63,571 nucleotides of DNA from Syntrophus aciditrophicus (GCA_020718905.1 DYRD01000003.1:1-63571); one strand, 5' to 3'; positions 11,482-22,091 are shown, numbered from the stretch's first letter. Notes: generated by a model from the letters alone, not told the origin. Numbers and translations are program-made.

Positions 11482-12069
11482 ATGGAGAACCCAAAAATCG
11501 TTTGTCTTTTAGGAAGCCCCAGACCGAAAGGAAACAGTTCCACCTTGGCCAAACGCTTTTGTGAACGGACAAGGGAGCTCGGGGCCAAGGCCCAGATGAT
11601 TCAGCTCAACAAATTGACCTACCGGGGATGCCAGGCCTGCATGGCCTGCAAGACCAAATCAGACAAGTGCATTCTTAAAGATGATCTGGAAAAGGTATTG
11701 GAATCGGTCCGCGGGGCCGATATCCTGGTCATGTCCTCACCTATTTACTACGGTGAGGTTTCCAGCCAGCTCAAGGCCTTCATTGACCGGACCTATTCTT
11801 TCCTCACCTCGGATTATGTCACCAACCCCCATCCGAGCCGCCTGCCTCCGGGCAAAAAAATGGCCTTTATCCTCACCCAGGGCCAACCGGACGACACGCA
11901 GTTCGACGATGTGTTTCCCCGCTATGACTTCTTCTTTAAGTGGTATGGCTTCGAGGAAAGCTATCTGATCCGGGCCTGCGGCGTCATGGATATCGGGGAC
12001 GTGGAGGCCCACCGGGAGGCCATGCTATCGACGGCAGAGACGGCGGAAAAGATCATGGGGTTTAATTAG
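11482..12069 (+). CDS. flavodoxin-like NAD(P)H-dependent FMN reductase family protein
   Basis: N-terminal KIVCLLGSPRPKGNSS flavodoxin-fold loop, an internal CQACMACK cysteine cluster, and SSPIYYG. RBS GGGAGGAG precedes the ATG at 11482. Confidence 0.8.
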   Translation: MENPKIVCLLGSPRPKGNSSTLAKRFCERTRELGAKAQMIQLNKLTYRGCQACMACKTKSDKCILKDDLEKVLESVRGADILVMSSPIYYGEVSSQLKAFIDRTYSFLTSDYVTNPHPSRLPPGKKMAFILTQGQPDDTQFDDVFPRYDFFFKWYGFEESYLIRACGVMDIGDVEAHREAMLSTAETAEKIMGFN

Positions 12070-12083
12070 GCGGGAGTATTTCT

Positions 12084-12503
12084 GTGAAGATTTTCAATTT
12101 TCCCATGACATACCCCACGACAGCGGGGACCGATATTATCGACATTACGGGCAACGTGGCGGAAAAGGTGCGGGAGGCCGGGATCAATGAAGGTCAGGCC
12201 CTCATCTCCGTGCCCGGTTCCACTGCCTCGATCACGACCATCGAATATGAGCGCGGCGGCGTCAGGGACCTCCTTGAGGCCTTGGAGCGCCTTGCCCCGG
12301 TCGGCATCGCCTACCGCCACGATGCCCGCTGGGGCGGCGGAAACGGTTACGCCCATGTCCGGGCCGCCCTCCTGGGACCGTCGGTGACCATCCCCGTCGC
12401 CGGGGGGCGCCTGGTCCTCGGAACCTGGCAGCAGCTTGTCCTGGTCGACTTCGACAACCATCCGCGCCAGCGCCGCATATTCTTGCAGATCTCGGGACTA
12501 TAG
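12084..12503 (+). CDS. YjbQ/UPF0047 family protein (secondary thiamine-phosphate synthase family)
   Basis: 139 aa. The C-terminal HVRAALLGPSVTIPVAGGRLVLGTWQQLVLVDFD is characteristic of UPF0047. Confidence 0.85.
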   Translation: MKIFNFPMTYPTTAGTDIIDITGNVAEKVREAGINEGQALISVPGSTASITTIEYERGGVRDLLEALERLAPVGIAYRHDARWGGGNGYAHVRAALLGPSVTIPVAGGRLVLGTWQQLVLVDFDNHPRQRRIFLQISGL

Positions 12504-12535
12504 AATAGTCCCTTGCTGCCACACAGCTATTTTGT

Positions 12536-13717
12536 TTAAACCCTCATTTTGTTAATCCCAGCGGCGATTCTCGCCAGCGCCTCATGAAGAACAGACCGGG
12601 GGCAGGCGATGTTCAGGCGTTGAAACCCCGCCCCGCCGGTCCCGAACATGGAACCTTCATTTAGACCGACCCGGGCCTGGCCGATCATAAAGGCCTTCAG
12701 GGCCTCCGGAGTCATCCCCAGGTCCCGGCAATCGAGCCAGATCAGGTAGGTCCCCTCCAGTCTGATCGGTTTGATCCCAGGGATCTCCTGGGCCATGAAG
12801 TCCATCACGTGGTTCAGGTTGCCTTCAAGATAAGCCAGTAACTGCTCCAACCATTTCTCTCCTCCGCGGTAAGCCGCTTCAAAGGCGGTGATGGCGAAAA
12901 TATTCGGGATCGTCCAATGGAGATTTTCCAGGGTCTTTTTAAAGCGAACAAACAGTTCCCCGTTGGGAATAATTGCGACCGATGCCGATAATACGGCAAT
13001 ATTAAAGGTTTTATTGGGGGATACGAGGGTTACGGTGTTTTGGGCCAGCGCCTCCGTAAGGGAGGCCGTCGGGCAGTGTTCATGACCGCTGAAGACGAGG
13101 TCGGCATGGATTTCGTCGGAAATGATGATGGTCTTGTTTTGCAGGCAGAGCTCACCGAGCCTGGCCAGTTCCTCCCGTCTCCATACCGTGCCGCCGGGAT
13201 TATGAGGGCTGCACAGAAACATGAGCTTCACCCTTTCATCCAGGCATAACGCCAGGTGATCGTCATTCATGCACAGGCGGTCGCTGGGGAGTTCAAGTGG
13301 ATTTTCGACGGCCATCCTGCCGTTATTCGTAATGACGGAGAAGAAGGGATAATAGACAGGGGGCTGTACAAGCACCCCCTCTCCCGGGGCGGTGAAGGAC
13401 AGCAGGGCAACGACGAGAGCAGGGACGACACCCGGGCAATAGAGCATCCATTCTCTGGGCACATCCCATCCGTGGCGCTCCTTCAGCCAGGACTGGAGGG
13501 ATTCGTAAAAGGACTCCGGGACAAACGTATACCCGTAGAGTTCGTGGGCCACCCGCCTTCTGATAGCTTCCGCGATGAAGTCGGGGGTGCGAAAATCCAT
13601 GTCGGCAACCCACAGCGGGATTACTTCTTCCGTCCCGAATATTTTGGGTCTCAGGTCGTATTTTACCGCATGGGTTCCTTCCCGCTGGATTATTTCATCG
13701 AAATTGTAAGGTCCCAT
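12536..13717 (-). CDS. PatB/MalY-type PLP-dependent C-S lyase (class I/II aminotransferase fold)
   Basis: 393 aa with N-terminal KYDLRPKIFGTEEVIPLWVADMDF and SPNKTFN (PLP lysine region). The start abuts the stop of the upstream phaC-like gene (TGAATG). Confidence 0.85.
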   Translation of the reverse strand: MGPYNFDEIIQREGTHAVKYDLRPKIFGTEEVIPLWVADMDFRTPDFIAEAIRRRVAHELYGYTFVPESFYESLQSWLKERHGWDVPREWMLYCPGVVPALVVALLSFTAPGEGVLVQPPVYYPFFSVITNNGRMAVENPLELPSDRLCMNDDHLALCLDERVKLMFLCSPHNPGGTVWRREELARLGELCLQNKTIIISDEIHADLVFSGHEHCPTASLTEALAQNTVTLVSPNKTFNIAVLSASVAIIPNGELFVRFKKTLENLHWTIPNIFAITAFEAAYRGGEKWLEQLLAYLEGNLNHVMDFMAQEIPGIKPIRLEGTYLIWLDCRDLGMTPEALKAFMIGQARVGLNEGSMFGTGGAGFQRLNIACPRSVLHEALARIAAGINKMRV

Positions 13718-15514
13718 TCACTTCTCATCGACATCCGCGCAGCTCTCGCCGCGCAGGAAGTCGGAAACGATCTGCAAGTACTCCGCAAGCAGCTGTTTGC
13801 TCACGACGAAGATGTGGCCGATATTCTTTTCGAAGGTCCGGTTCAGCCCACCCCTCGTAACTAATACGTTGCCGTCCTGTTTTTGTCCACAAAGCTGGCT
13901 TGCCACACAGGAACCCGCCGGGGCGATGGGATCCCTCAAACCCCGGTAATCGAAGATACAGACACCGGCTGCGCGCAGGGCGTCCATGTTGACGGGTTTC
14001 CCATCGAGATCGGGATTCGTGGACGGCAGGCAGTAGGCGCCCTTCACCAGCTGATTACCCAGGAAGAATTTCTGTATCCAGTCCTGATGTGCCTGGGCCG
14101 GAAATTTGGTCCCGTGGGTCAGCCAGAACAGAAAGGGCGCCGAATCTTCAATGGCATGGGAATAGATGGCGCGACTGTAGAAACCGGACAAAACCGTGTA
14201 ATGGACGCCCGGCTGAATTTCGTTCATCCCGAAATCGATGACCTGGGGAGGGATATTCACCGAGCCGAACAGTTCCCTCATAATATAAGGGTCGTAATGC
14301 TGGCTGATGAAGGAACGCATGGGGCCGTGGCCACTGTCTTCGTCGTCGAACTTGACGGGAGATGCCATAAGGGCAATCCTGGTGACATCCATCTTTCCCC
14401 CCCGGGCTTTCCGTTCTTCCGCCCGTCTGGCCAGGTAGGGCAGCATCAGCGTCCCGCCCATGCAGTAGCCCATGACAAAAATATCGGCCCCGGGGTTCTT
14501 TTTCTTGATGAGCTCCAGATAACGGTCCTGTACGGTCTTCCCGTAATAATCAAGGCCGAGAAGGGTGTCATCGGGACCGCAGTCTCCGTAATCGACCATG
14601 TAAATCGTATAACCTTCTTTCAGCATCCCCTCTACCACGGATTTGCCTTCGGCCAGATCGAACAGTTCCGGCTTGTTGATAAGCGGGGTGGACAAATAAA
14701 GCACCTTGCCGTTCGCCTCGATGCCCTTGGGCAGGAGATAATGGCGCAGCCTGGCATTATGCATTTTCGATCCTCTGACGATCTCATAGGGGGAGAAACC
14801 GATTTTCCCGCGCGTGACCCGCTCGGAATACTCCTTGGGATCGAAGGCGTTAGCCTTGTACAGACATTCCATACGGAAGCGGTTCTCCGTAAGGTATTCC
14901 TCCATGGTCATGGCATCCGTTCCGTCGGCATTTTTCTTCATGTACGGCAGCTCTGCGTCTGCGAGGGTGGTCTCCGTGATTACGACCAACATGCATTTGA
15001 GCATCTCCTTCATCGCCTTGAGCCTCGTCATTCCCAGGGCGTTGTAGTTATGCTCCATCTGGGCGAATTCCTTCAACTTCTGGTGCCCAACCTCCGTAGT
15101 GGCTACACGGTGTGCCGTATCCCGGTTGAACTTGCCGTCGGTGATGAAGTAGCTGCACAGATAGTAGAGCAGACGGCTGTAATTCTTGTATATCCAGCCG
15201 TTCATATCCCGGTACATATCCGGTTCCCTGCCGGAGCGCACGGCGATACGGGCATGGGCCTTGATAGGGTCTATCAGGACGGATCTGATGAACGTGCTTT
15301 GCATGCTGGCGGCAACAGCAAAAGGCCCGAATAACTCATGGCTGGCACTTATGGAATCGAGGAACTGCTGGTACTGGAAGATCGCCTTGGTTTGGGCGCC
15401 TCCCAACTTGCTCTTCCAGGGAAGGGCCGTCTTTATCCCCTCCCGGTTGTCTGCAGGCGAAGCCCCCATTTGCAGTAAAAGACTTGACGGCGTTATTCTG
15501 TTTTCAGTATCCAT
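13718..15514 (-). CDS. phaC: PHA synthase-like alpha/beta hydrolase
   Basis: 598 aa with a lipase-box-like GYCMGG carrying the catalytic Cys, downstream RDPIAP (Asp) and NIGHIF (His) in the expected order. Assignment rests on motif pattern only. Confidence 0.75.
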   Translation of the reverse strand: MDTENRITPSSLLLQMGASPADNREGIKTALPWKSKLGGAQTKAIFQYQQFLDSISASHELFGPFAVAASMQSTFIRSVLIDPIKAHARIAVRSGREPDMYRDMNGWIYKNYSRLLYYLCSYFITDGKFNRDTAHRVATTEVGHQKLKEFAQMEHNYNALGMTRLKAMKEMLKCMLVVITETTLADAELPYMKKNADGTDAMTMEEYLTENRFRMECLYKANAFDPKEYSERVTRGKIGFSPYEIVRGSKMHNARLRHYLLPKGIEANGKVLYLSTPLINKPELFDLAEGKSVVEGMLKEGYTIYMVDYGDCGPDDTLLGLDYYGKTVQDRYLELIKKKNPGADIFVMGYCMGGTLMLPYLARRAEERKARGGKMDVTRIALMASPVKFDDEDSGHGPMRSFISQHYDPYIMRELFGSVNIPPQVIDFGMNEIQPGVHYTVLSGFYSRAIYSHAIEDSAPFLFWLTHGTKFPAQAHQDWIQKFFLGNQLVKGAYCLPSTNPDLDGKPVNMDALRAAGVCIFDYRGLRDPIAPAGSCVASQLCGQKQDGNVLVTRGGLNRTFEKNIGHIFVVSKQLLAEYLQIVSDFLRGESCADVDEK

Positions 15515-16007
15515 AAAGGCCCCCCCTCACATGGTTGATGCAACATGGGACGATGAAAATAGCCGGCTATTCCAAAATTTGGCTGCCCGCTTCTTCGTTA
15601 GTATTAGAGTTTTTTACGTTATTCCCCTATTGCCGTCAATGTTAAAATGGAAGGGTATTGCTTTAATTATATCAAAACCAAGGCAATAAACGGGTCAGGG
15701 AAAAAGAACCGGTGTCGATTTGTGTCCCCTTGCACTTTCACCCAATGCCACAGGTTTTACCCCGCAAAAACCGCGAACTAATTCCGTATTGCATCATAGC
15801 CTATGAAGCTATAATTTAATGGACCTGTTTATATAGACACAGAAAAAGAGAGCGGCGCCAATGAAAGAAGAAAAAAAGCAGCAAGCAAAGAAAAAAATAG
15901 GCGAGATAGGGACGGGCATTTTAACGGAAACAAGGATCAATGCGAGCGATAGGCCACAAATAATGACCCAGATTGATGATCTTCATGAAACGAAAGGAGA
16001 CGAATCG

Positions 16008-16364
16008 ATGGCAGGGGAGAAAATGGAAAACCAGGGGATGAAATGGCAGGAAATGATGATGGGAATGTGGAATAATATTCCGGCCTTTGCTTCTTCGAGC
16101 AAGACGATGGAGCCATTTGTGGAATTGATGAAGATGCAGCAGCAACAAGGCGTGACCATATCCCAGAGCTGGCTCGACTGCTTTCGGAAAATTGGCGAGG
16201 CAAGCCGTTCCGGGGATGCCAAGAAGGTCTGGGAGACATGTATGGAATTGAACAGTGATCTTTTCAAGACCTGTCAGGAATCCATGAAAGAACAGGCAAA
16301 GGCGCGCTATGAATTTTTGCGGGCCTTCGTTCCCGCGCCAGGATTCACCGGCGATCGAACTTGA
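16008..16364 (+). CDS. hypothetical protein, possibly phasin-like
   Basis: ATG at 16008 is preceded by AAGGAG 8 nt upstream (the longest ORF starts at 15861). Helical, Met/Gln/Lys-rich 118-aa product, divergent from phaC. The phasin call is from context only. Confidence 0.5.
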   Translation: MAGEKMENQGMKWQEMMMGMWNNIPAFASSSKTMEPFVELMKMQQQQGVTISQSWLDCFRKIGEASRSGDAKKVWETCMELNSDLFKTCQESMKEQAKARYEFLRAFVPAPGFTGDRT

Positions 16365-16383
16365 AGAATCGCCTGTTCATAAA

Positions 16384-16411
16384 CCCTTCGGGGCTCCCGG
16401 CCCCCGAAGGG
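16384..16411 (+). terminator. GC-rich hairpin after the phasin-like gene (no U-tract)
   Basis: 10-bp stem CCCTTCGGGG/CCCCGAAGGG with an 8-nt loop, 20 nt after the stop at 16364. No T-run follows, so terminator function is uncertain. Confidence 0.35.
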
Positions 16412-16496
16412 GCAGGCGGAAACCTTGCCCGGGAAGTCATGCCAAGATCTGAATTCAGCAACTAAGAAGAAAAGCCGCTACGCACAATTCTGGAGA

Positions 16497-16536
16497 CATG
16501 GTACCCATCTCCCCGTTCTGGAGGATGGGTACCATG
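16497..16536. repeat. 13-bp perfect inverted repeat (possible enhancer-binding-protein site)
   Basis: CATGGTACCCATC-N14-GATGGGTACCATG. Its centre lies about 65 bp upstream of the -24 element at 16581. Confidence 0.6.
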
Positions 16537-16579
16537 CTGAGGAGACTGTTCCTGCCCGGCAAGTAACATGCCTTTTGGT

Positions 16580-16595
16580 TGGCATCCAATTTGCA
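16580..16595 (+). promoter_or_regulatory. sigma54 (-24/-12) promoter
   Basis: TGGCAT-ccaat-TTGCA, a near-consensus match with exact spacing, 29 nt upstream of the ATG at 16624. Confidence 0.6.
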
Positions 16596-16623
16596 TTGTT
16601 AATTAAGTAAAGCTTGGCGGTCC

Positions 16624-18335
16624 ATGAAGATGCGGGAAAAGAGTATCCATCCGAATGAATTATTGAATCTTATGGGGGGTCCCTCTACGGATAACAATGC
16701 AGGTCCGGCTGGCAGTTAAGCGACATATTTCGTTATCAGGAACTCCTCGATTACCTTTGCCGTTACCGCCCGATTTTCAGCCCTCTCTCCGTTACCGCCC
16801 TATGGCAGCGTAATTTTTTACAGACTTTTGTGACGGAACCGATCAAGAAGAATGTGCAATTAATTGTTCGCCTGCGGCAGGACCCGGACATTTTCCGGGA
16901 TAAGGATAGTGATATATGTAAAAATTACGCTTAGTTGCTTCGTCATCTCTGTGAAGGGGTGATTGTTTCGATCGTGCTAAGGCCCGGCAACTGGCCACGA
17001 CATCCCCGGGTAAGCAGATTCTGACTTTTTTTATCGACGAATTTTCCAAACTGGAAAAAGCTCAAACCGCAAGAGGTCTTACGAGACTTCGGGCAATGAA
17101 GGAACTTTTGGCATGCCTCCTTGTGGTAATTACGGAAACACCCCTTAACGACGTGGCCCTGCCTTTTATGAGGAAGCATCCCGGCGGCGCCGATGTGCTG
17201 ACCCTGGATGCCTATCTTGGCGAAAATCGGCGACGTTTTGAAAATCTATACCGAGCGGAGGCCTTCGATCCCAAGCATTATGCCGCAAGAGAGACCCGCG
17301 GCAAACTGGGGTGCTCCTCTTATGAGATCGTCAAGGATTCCCGGCTTCATTCGGTAACCTTGCGTTATTACCCGTTACCCGCGGGCGTCAAACCTCTTGG
17401 CCATACCTTCTATCTTTCCACACCCCTCATCAACAAACCGGAACTGTTTGACCTTGCCGAGGGAAAGTCCGTCATCGAGGGACTCCTGTGGGAAGGTTAC
17501 CGCGTTTATATGGTCGATTACGGCCAGCCGGCGCAAGAAGACGGGCGGCTCGGCCTAGACTTCCACGTCAAGACCGTTCACGACCATTGCCTTGACCTTA
17601 TTACCCACCTCCATCCCGGCGATCCCATGAGCGCCGTCGGATATTGCATGGGCGGCACCCTGATCCTGCCTTATCTCGCCCGCCGGGCCGAGGAAAGATT
17701 GAGAGCCGGTCTGGCTATGGATGTCCAAAAGGTTTGCCTCATGGCGGCCCCGTCGTCAAATTTGACGACGGGGCAAGCGGCCAGGGGGCGATGCGGACCT
17801 ATATCCGAAAAAACTATCATCCCTATATCATGGAGCAGCTCTTCAGTACCGTCAATATTCCCCCCCCCAGGTTATTGATCAAGGCATTAACGAGATTCAA
17901 CCCGGTGTCCAGTACAGCGTGCTCATGGGTTTCTATGGAAGGGCATGCCAGGCCGATACCATGAAAGACGCCGCGCCGTTTCTTTTCTGGCTGACCCACG
18001 GGACGCGTTTTCCCGCCAGGACTCACTATGAATGGCTGAGCAAGTTCTTCCTTGGCAACGAGTTGATGAAGGGAACATTTTGCCTGCCGTCGCGCCATCC
18101 CGACCTGGACGGGAAACCGGTGAACATGAATGCCCTTAAAGAAACGGGCGTTTCCCTTTTTGACTACCGTGGCACCCGCGATCCCATCGCCCCTCCCGGT
18201 TCGTGCGTGGCGAGTGAAAACTGGGGCAAAACGGGAACAACTATCGAAAAAGATATTGGTCACATTTTCGTCGTCAGCAAAAAACTGCTTGCCGAATCCC
18301 TCCACTGGGTGAACGATTTTCTCCGGCGATCGTGA
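16624..18335 (+). pseudogene. degenerate paralog of the PHA synthase-like gene
   Basis: Collinear with the 13718..15514 product from MKMREKSIHPNELLNLMG.. to ..IGHIFVVSKKLLAE, including GYCMGG. It is broken by a frame change near 16715 (TAA at 16717), an in-frame TAG at 16932, and shifts at G4 16956-59, C4 17748-51 and C9 17860-68. It also has two internal deletions relative to the intact copy. Confidence 0.8.
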
Positions 18336-18433
18336 TCGCCCCGAGGGGCGGGCGAACCGTTGCCGGATGTCCCTTGCGGCCCTATCCTTCCCGAGGCAAT
18401 TCGGTCCCTTAAAAGGCTCTTGACAAAAAGCCT

Positions 18434-18739
18434 TTGATCTTTTACGGTATTTTCGGCTTACGGATCGGGACCGGAAAGAACGCCTTTTCTTTTCTTGACG
18501 CCATTGCCGACAAATACCCCATGGCCTGCGAAGATGCCGTCATCATAACGGGGAAGGCCAGCCCGGACATTGTCAATGTCTGCATTGCCTCCGATATCAA
18601 CTATCTTCTGGAGAAACCCATCCGGCCCTCTGCACTGCAACTGGCCGTACGGGCAAATGTTTCAAAATATCTGCGCTTTGTGAAAAAACCGTATATGAAT
18701 CCAGAGTTGATGAAAAGCGTCGCCAAATTTACTACCTGA
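18434..18739 (+). pseudogene. C-terminal fragment of a receiver (REC) domain
   Basis: ..VIITGKASPDIVNVCIASDINYLLEKPIRPSALQLAV resembles the beta4-alpha5 part of a response-regulator receiver. The phospho-acceptor N-terminal half is absent. Confidence 0.3.
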
Positions 18740-19061
18740 TCTTGCTCAGTTCCACCGCTGTGACCGGCCCTTCAGGTATGCAGGCAGAATTTCCCTTTAT
18801 GCTCAAGAATACCTTAAAGATTCCCTCCGGAATGCCGAAAGAAAGAGTAAAGGAGACATGAAGATCATGCAAGTAATCAACAACGAAAGAAACCGTTCCC
18901 ATCCTCAGAGGGACGGCATCTTGGGGGAGCATCAGACCCACCTGCCTGTTTGCACCTTTGAAATATGATTAAAAATCTGTTATATTAATCAACATTCATC
19001 GTAAAATTTATAATCTGCAGCTAATCTGGGAACACAATCTTAATTTTTTTGGAGGAACGGG

Positions 19062-21719
19062 ATGAAAAAGAAGCGGACCGTGTCCATGAAGCAGGAAATT
19101 TTCACGCCGGAAGAGGCGCCACCGGAAGTATCTGTTTCAGCACCGGAGGCAGACATGCCCAGCCAAGGGCAGACCGGCTTCCCCATCGTCGGCATCGGCG
19201 CCTCGGCCGGGGGACTGGCGGCATTCGAGGCCTTTTTTTCCGCTATGCCCGCCGACACCGATCCGGGCATGGCCTTTGTCCTCGTCCAGCATTTGGCGCC
19301 GGATCACAAGAGCATCCTCACCGACCTGATCCGGCGTTATACCCGCATGCAGGTCTCCGAATCCCGCGACGGGATGGTCGGACAACCCAACTGCGCCTAT
19401 ATCATCCCCCCCAACCGGGACATGGCCTTTCTGAACGGCGCCCTCCAACTCCTGGAACCCTCCTCCCCCCGGGGGCAGCGTCTGCCTATCGATTTCTTCT
19501 TCCGATCCCTCGCTCAGGACTAGCACGAACGGGCCATCTGCATCGTCCTGTCCGGTACGGGCAGCGACGGCACCCTCGGCGTCCGGGCCATCAAGGGCGA
19601 GGGGGGCATGGTAATGGTCCAAAACCCCGACTCCACCGAATACGACGGCATGCCGCGGAGCGCCATCGCCACGGGCCTCGTTGATTACGAGCTGCCGCCG
19701 GCGGAGATGCCCGCCCAGCTCATCGCCTATGTGACCCATGCCTTCGGCAAGCCTCCCCGGCCCGCTTCCGCCCCGGCGCCCAAGGCCGAGACGGCGCTGA
19801 AAAAGATTTTCGTTCTGGTGCGTGCCCAGATGGGTCATGACTTTTCCCAGTACAAGCCTTCCACCATTCACCGCCGTGTCAAGCGGCGCATGGCCGTCCA
19901 CCAGATCGAAACGATGGATGGATACGTCAAGTATCTCCAGCAGGCGCCGGCAGAGGTGGAAGCCCTTTTTCGCGATCTCCTGATTGGGGTGACCAGCTTT
20001 TTCCGCGATCCGGAGGCCTTCAAGGTTGTTGAGGAACAGATCATCCCCAAACTCTTTGCCGGCAAAGCCGCCGAAGCCGTGATCCCCGTATGGGCGCCGG
20101 GCTGTTCTACCGGCGAAGAGGCCTATTCTCTCGCCATACTGCTTGCCGAACATCAGGGGGCAATGAAGCAGACCGTCAAGGTCCAGGTCTTCGCCACCGA
20201 TATTGACGCTCAAGCCATTGCCACGGCCCGGTCCGGCCTCTATCCCGCCAGCATCGCCGCCGATATCACGCCGGAGCGGCTGACGCGCTTTTTCGCAGCC
20301 GCCCCCGACGGCAGCGCCTTCCGGATCCACAAAGGCATCCGTGACATGCTGATCTTTTCAGAGCAGAACGTGATCAAAGACCCGCCGTTTTCCAAGCTCG
20401 ACCTCATCTCTTGCCGCAATCTCCTGATCTATTTGGGCGGGGAGTTGCAGAAAAAGCTCGTCCCCTTATTCCATTACGCCCTTAACCCGGGAGGATTTCT
20501 TTTCCTAGGCACCTCGGAGACGGTGGGCGAGTTTATGGATCTCTTTACTGTCCTTGATCGCAAAATGAAGCTCTATCAGCGCCGGGAAGATATTCACAAC
20601 GCCCGGCACGCCGTTCTGGGCCGGTTTATGCCGCCCACAGCGACGGTGGATATGGCGTTCCCTCGTTTCCACGAGAAGGCAGCCGGGACAAGGAAGCTGC
20701 CCCTTCGCGAGCTGACCGAACAGGCGCTGTTGCAACAGTTGTCCCCCGTCGCCGCCCTTGTCAACGGCCAGGGCGACATCCTCTACCTCCACGGGCGGAC
20801 CGGCCTGTATCTGGAACCGGCCCCGGGGGAGACCGGAACTAGCAACATTCTGAAGATGGCCCGGGAAGGATTGCGTCACGACCTGGCTACTGCCCTGCAC
20901 AAAGCGGTGGGAACGAGAGACAGCGTGTGCTATCCGGGTCTGCGGGTCAAAACCAACGGCGAGACTACGACGGTCAACCTGACGGTCCGCCCGGTGACGG
21001 CAGCCCCTGCTGCAACGCCCGCAACGCTCCTGTATCTGATCATCCTGGAACAAGGGCCGCCCTTCGACCCCAAGGGAGCCCACCCCGCCGCCTCGCTTGC
21101 CGGTGCGTGGGCGAACGGCCCCGATACCGACGTTGACGAGCGTATCGCAGTGCTCAAACAGGAATTGCGGGCCAAGGAAGAATATCTCCAGACCGCCAAC
21201 GAGGAGTTGGAGACCTCGAACGAAGAACTCAAGTCTTCCAATGAAGATATGCAGTCGGTGAACGAAGAGCTGGCCACGGTCAACGCCGAATTGCAGACCA
21301 AGGTGGCCGACCTGTCCCGGGCCAACAACGACATGAACAACCTCCTGGCGGGCACGGGCATCGCCACGGTCTTTGTGGATCATGGGCTCCATATCCTCCG
21401 CTTCACCCCCGCCGCCACCCGGATCATCAATCTGATCCTTTCCGATGTGGGGCGCCCCGTGGGTCATATCGTTTCCAACCTGGTTGGCTATAATCGCCTG
21501 GTAGCCGATGTGGAGGGGGTTTTGGACACCCTGATCCCCAAAGAGGTGGAGGTCCAGACCCAGGCGGGCGACTGGTACTCGCTGCGCATCCAGCCCTACC
21601 GCACCCTCGGCAACGTGATCGAAGGGGCGGTGATCACCTTTGTGGACATTACGGAAATGAAGAAGATTCGGGATGAACTGCGGAAAGCCAATGAGCGACT
21701 CCGCCTCGCCGGCAAATGA
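19062..21719 (+). pseudogene. CheB methylesterase / CheR methyltransferase / PAS fusion protein with an in-frame TAG
   Basis: The CheB part (IVGIGASAGGLAAFEAFF) is split by TAG at 19521-19523 and continues in the same frame with ERAICIVLSGTGSDGTLG. It is followed by a CheR SAM-methyltransferase domain, a coiled coil (EELETSNEELKSSNEDMQSVNEEL) and one PAS-like domain. The protein ends abruptly. Confidence 0.85.
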
Positions 21720-21891
21720 ATTCGGGGGACAAAACCATGGCGGCAAAAAGGACTATATCCAGCCGGGCCGACCCGCAACCGGTGCCACGGCTGGGGTATG
21801 AATCGCTACAGAGAAAAGGCAACACGCCCTATGCGGAGGTATTTGCACCGGCTTTGTACGGAGGCAAAGAGGCTCATGTCTGGGCAACAGG

Positions 21892-22026
21892 GACGCCGTT
21901 TTCGGCATCTACCAGGCGACACCGGAGGGGCGATTTCTAAGCGTCCATAATGCCTTTGCACGGATGGCCGGATACGACTCACCGGAGGAATTTATTGACA
22001 CGACAAAGAGCAGCGGTAATGGGTGA
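21892..22026 (+). pseudogene. orphan PAS-domain N-terminal relic
   Basis: Translation DAVFGIYQATPEGRFLSVHNAFARMAGYDSPEEFI matches the start of a PAS fold. It has no start codon or downstream domain and lies just after the truncated CheB/CheR gene. Confidence 0.4.
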
Positions 22027-22091
22027 ATAGGGGATAATCGCCGGAGTAAGGACACGCCTTTTGCGGGCTGAAGCCGGAGGGTAATAATTAT

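Noticed and set aside
13883-15334. Long ORFs antisense to well-supported genes. Examples: the 483-aa ORF opposite phaC here, 19137..20330 and 20505..21746 opposite the CheB/CheR gene, 39992..40867 opposite catalase, and 9690..10685 opposite clpA.
   Set aside because: Their translations are Arg/Gly/Pro/His-rich with no recognisable motifs. They mirror the codon structure of the opposite-strand gene, as expected in GC-rich DNA, and they lack RBS signals.
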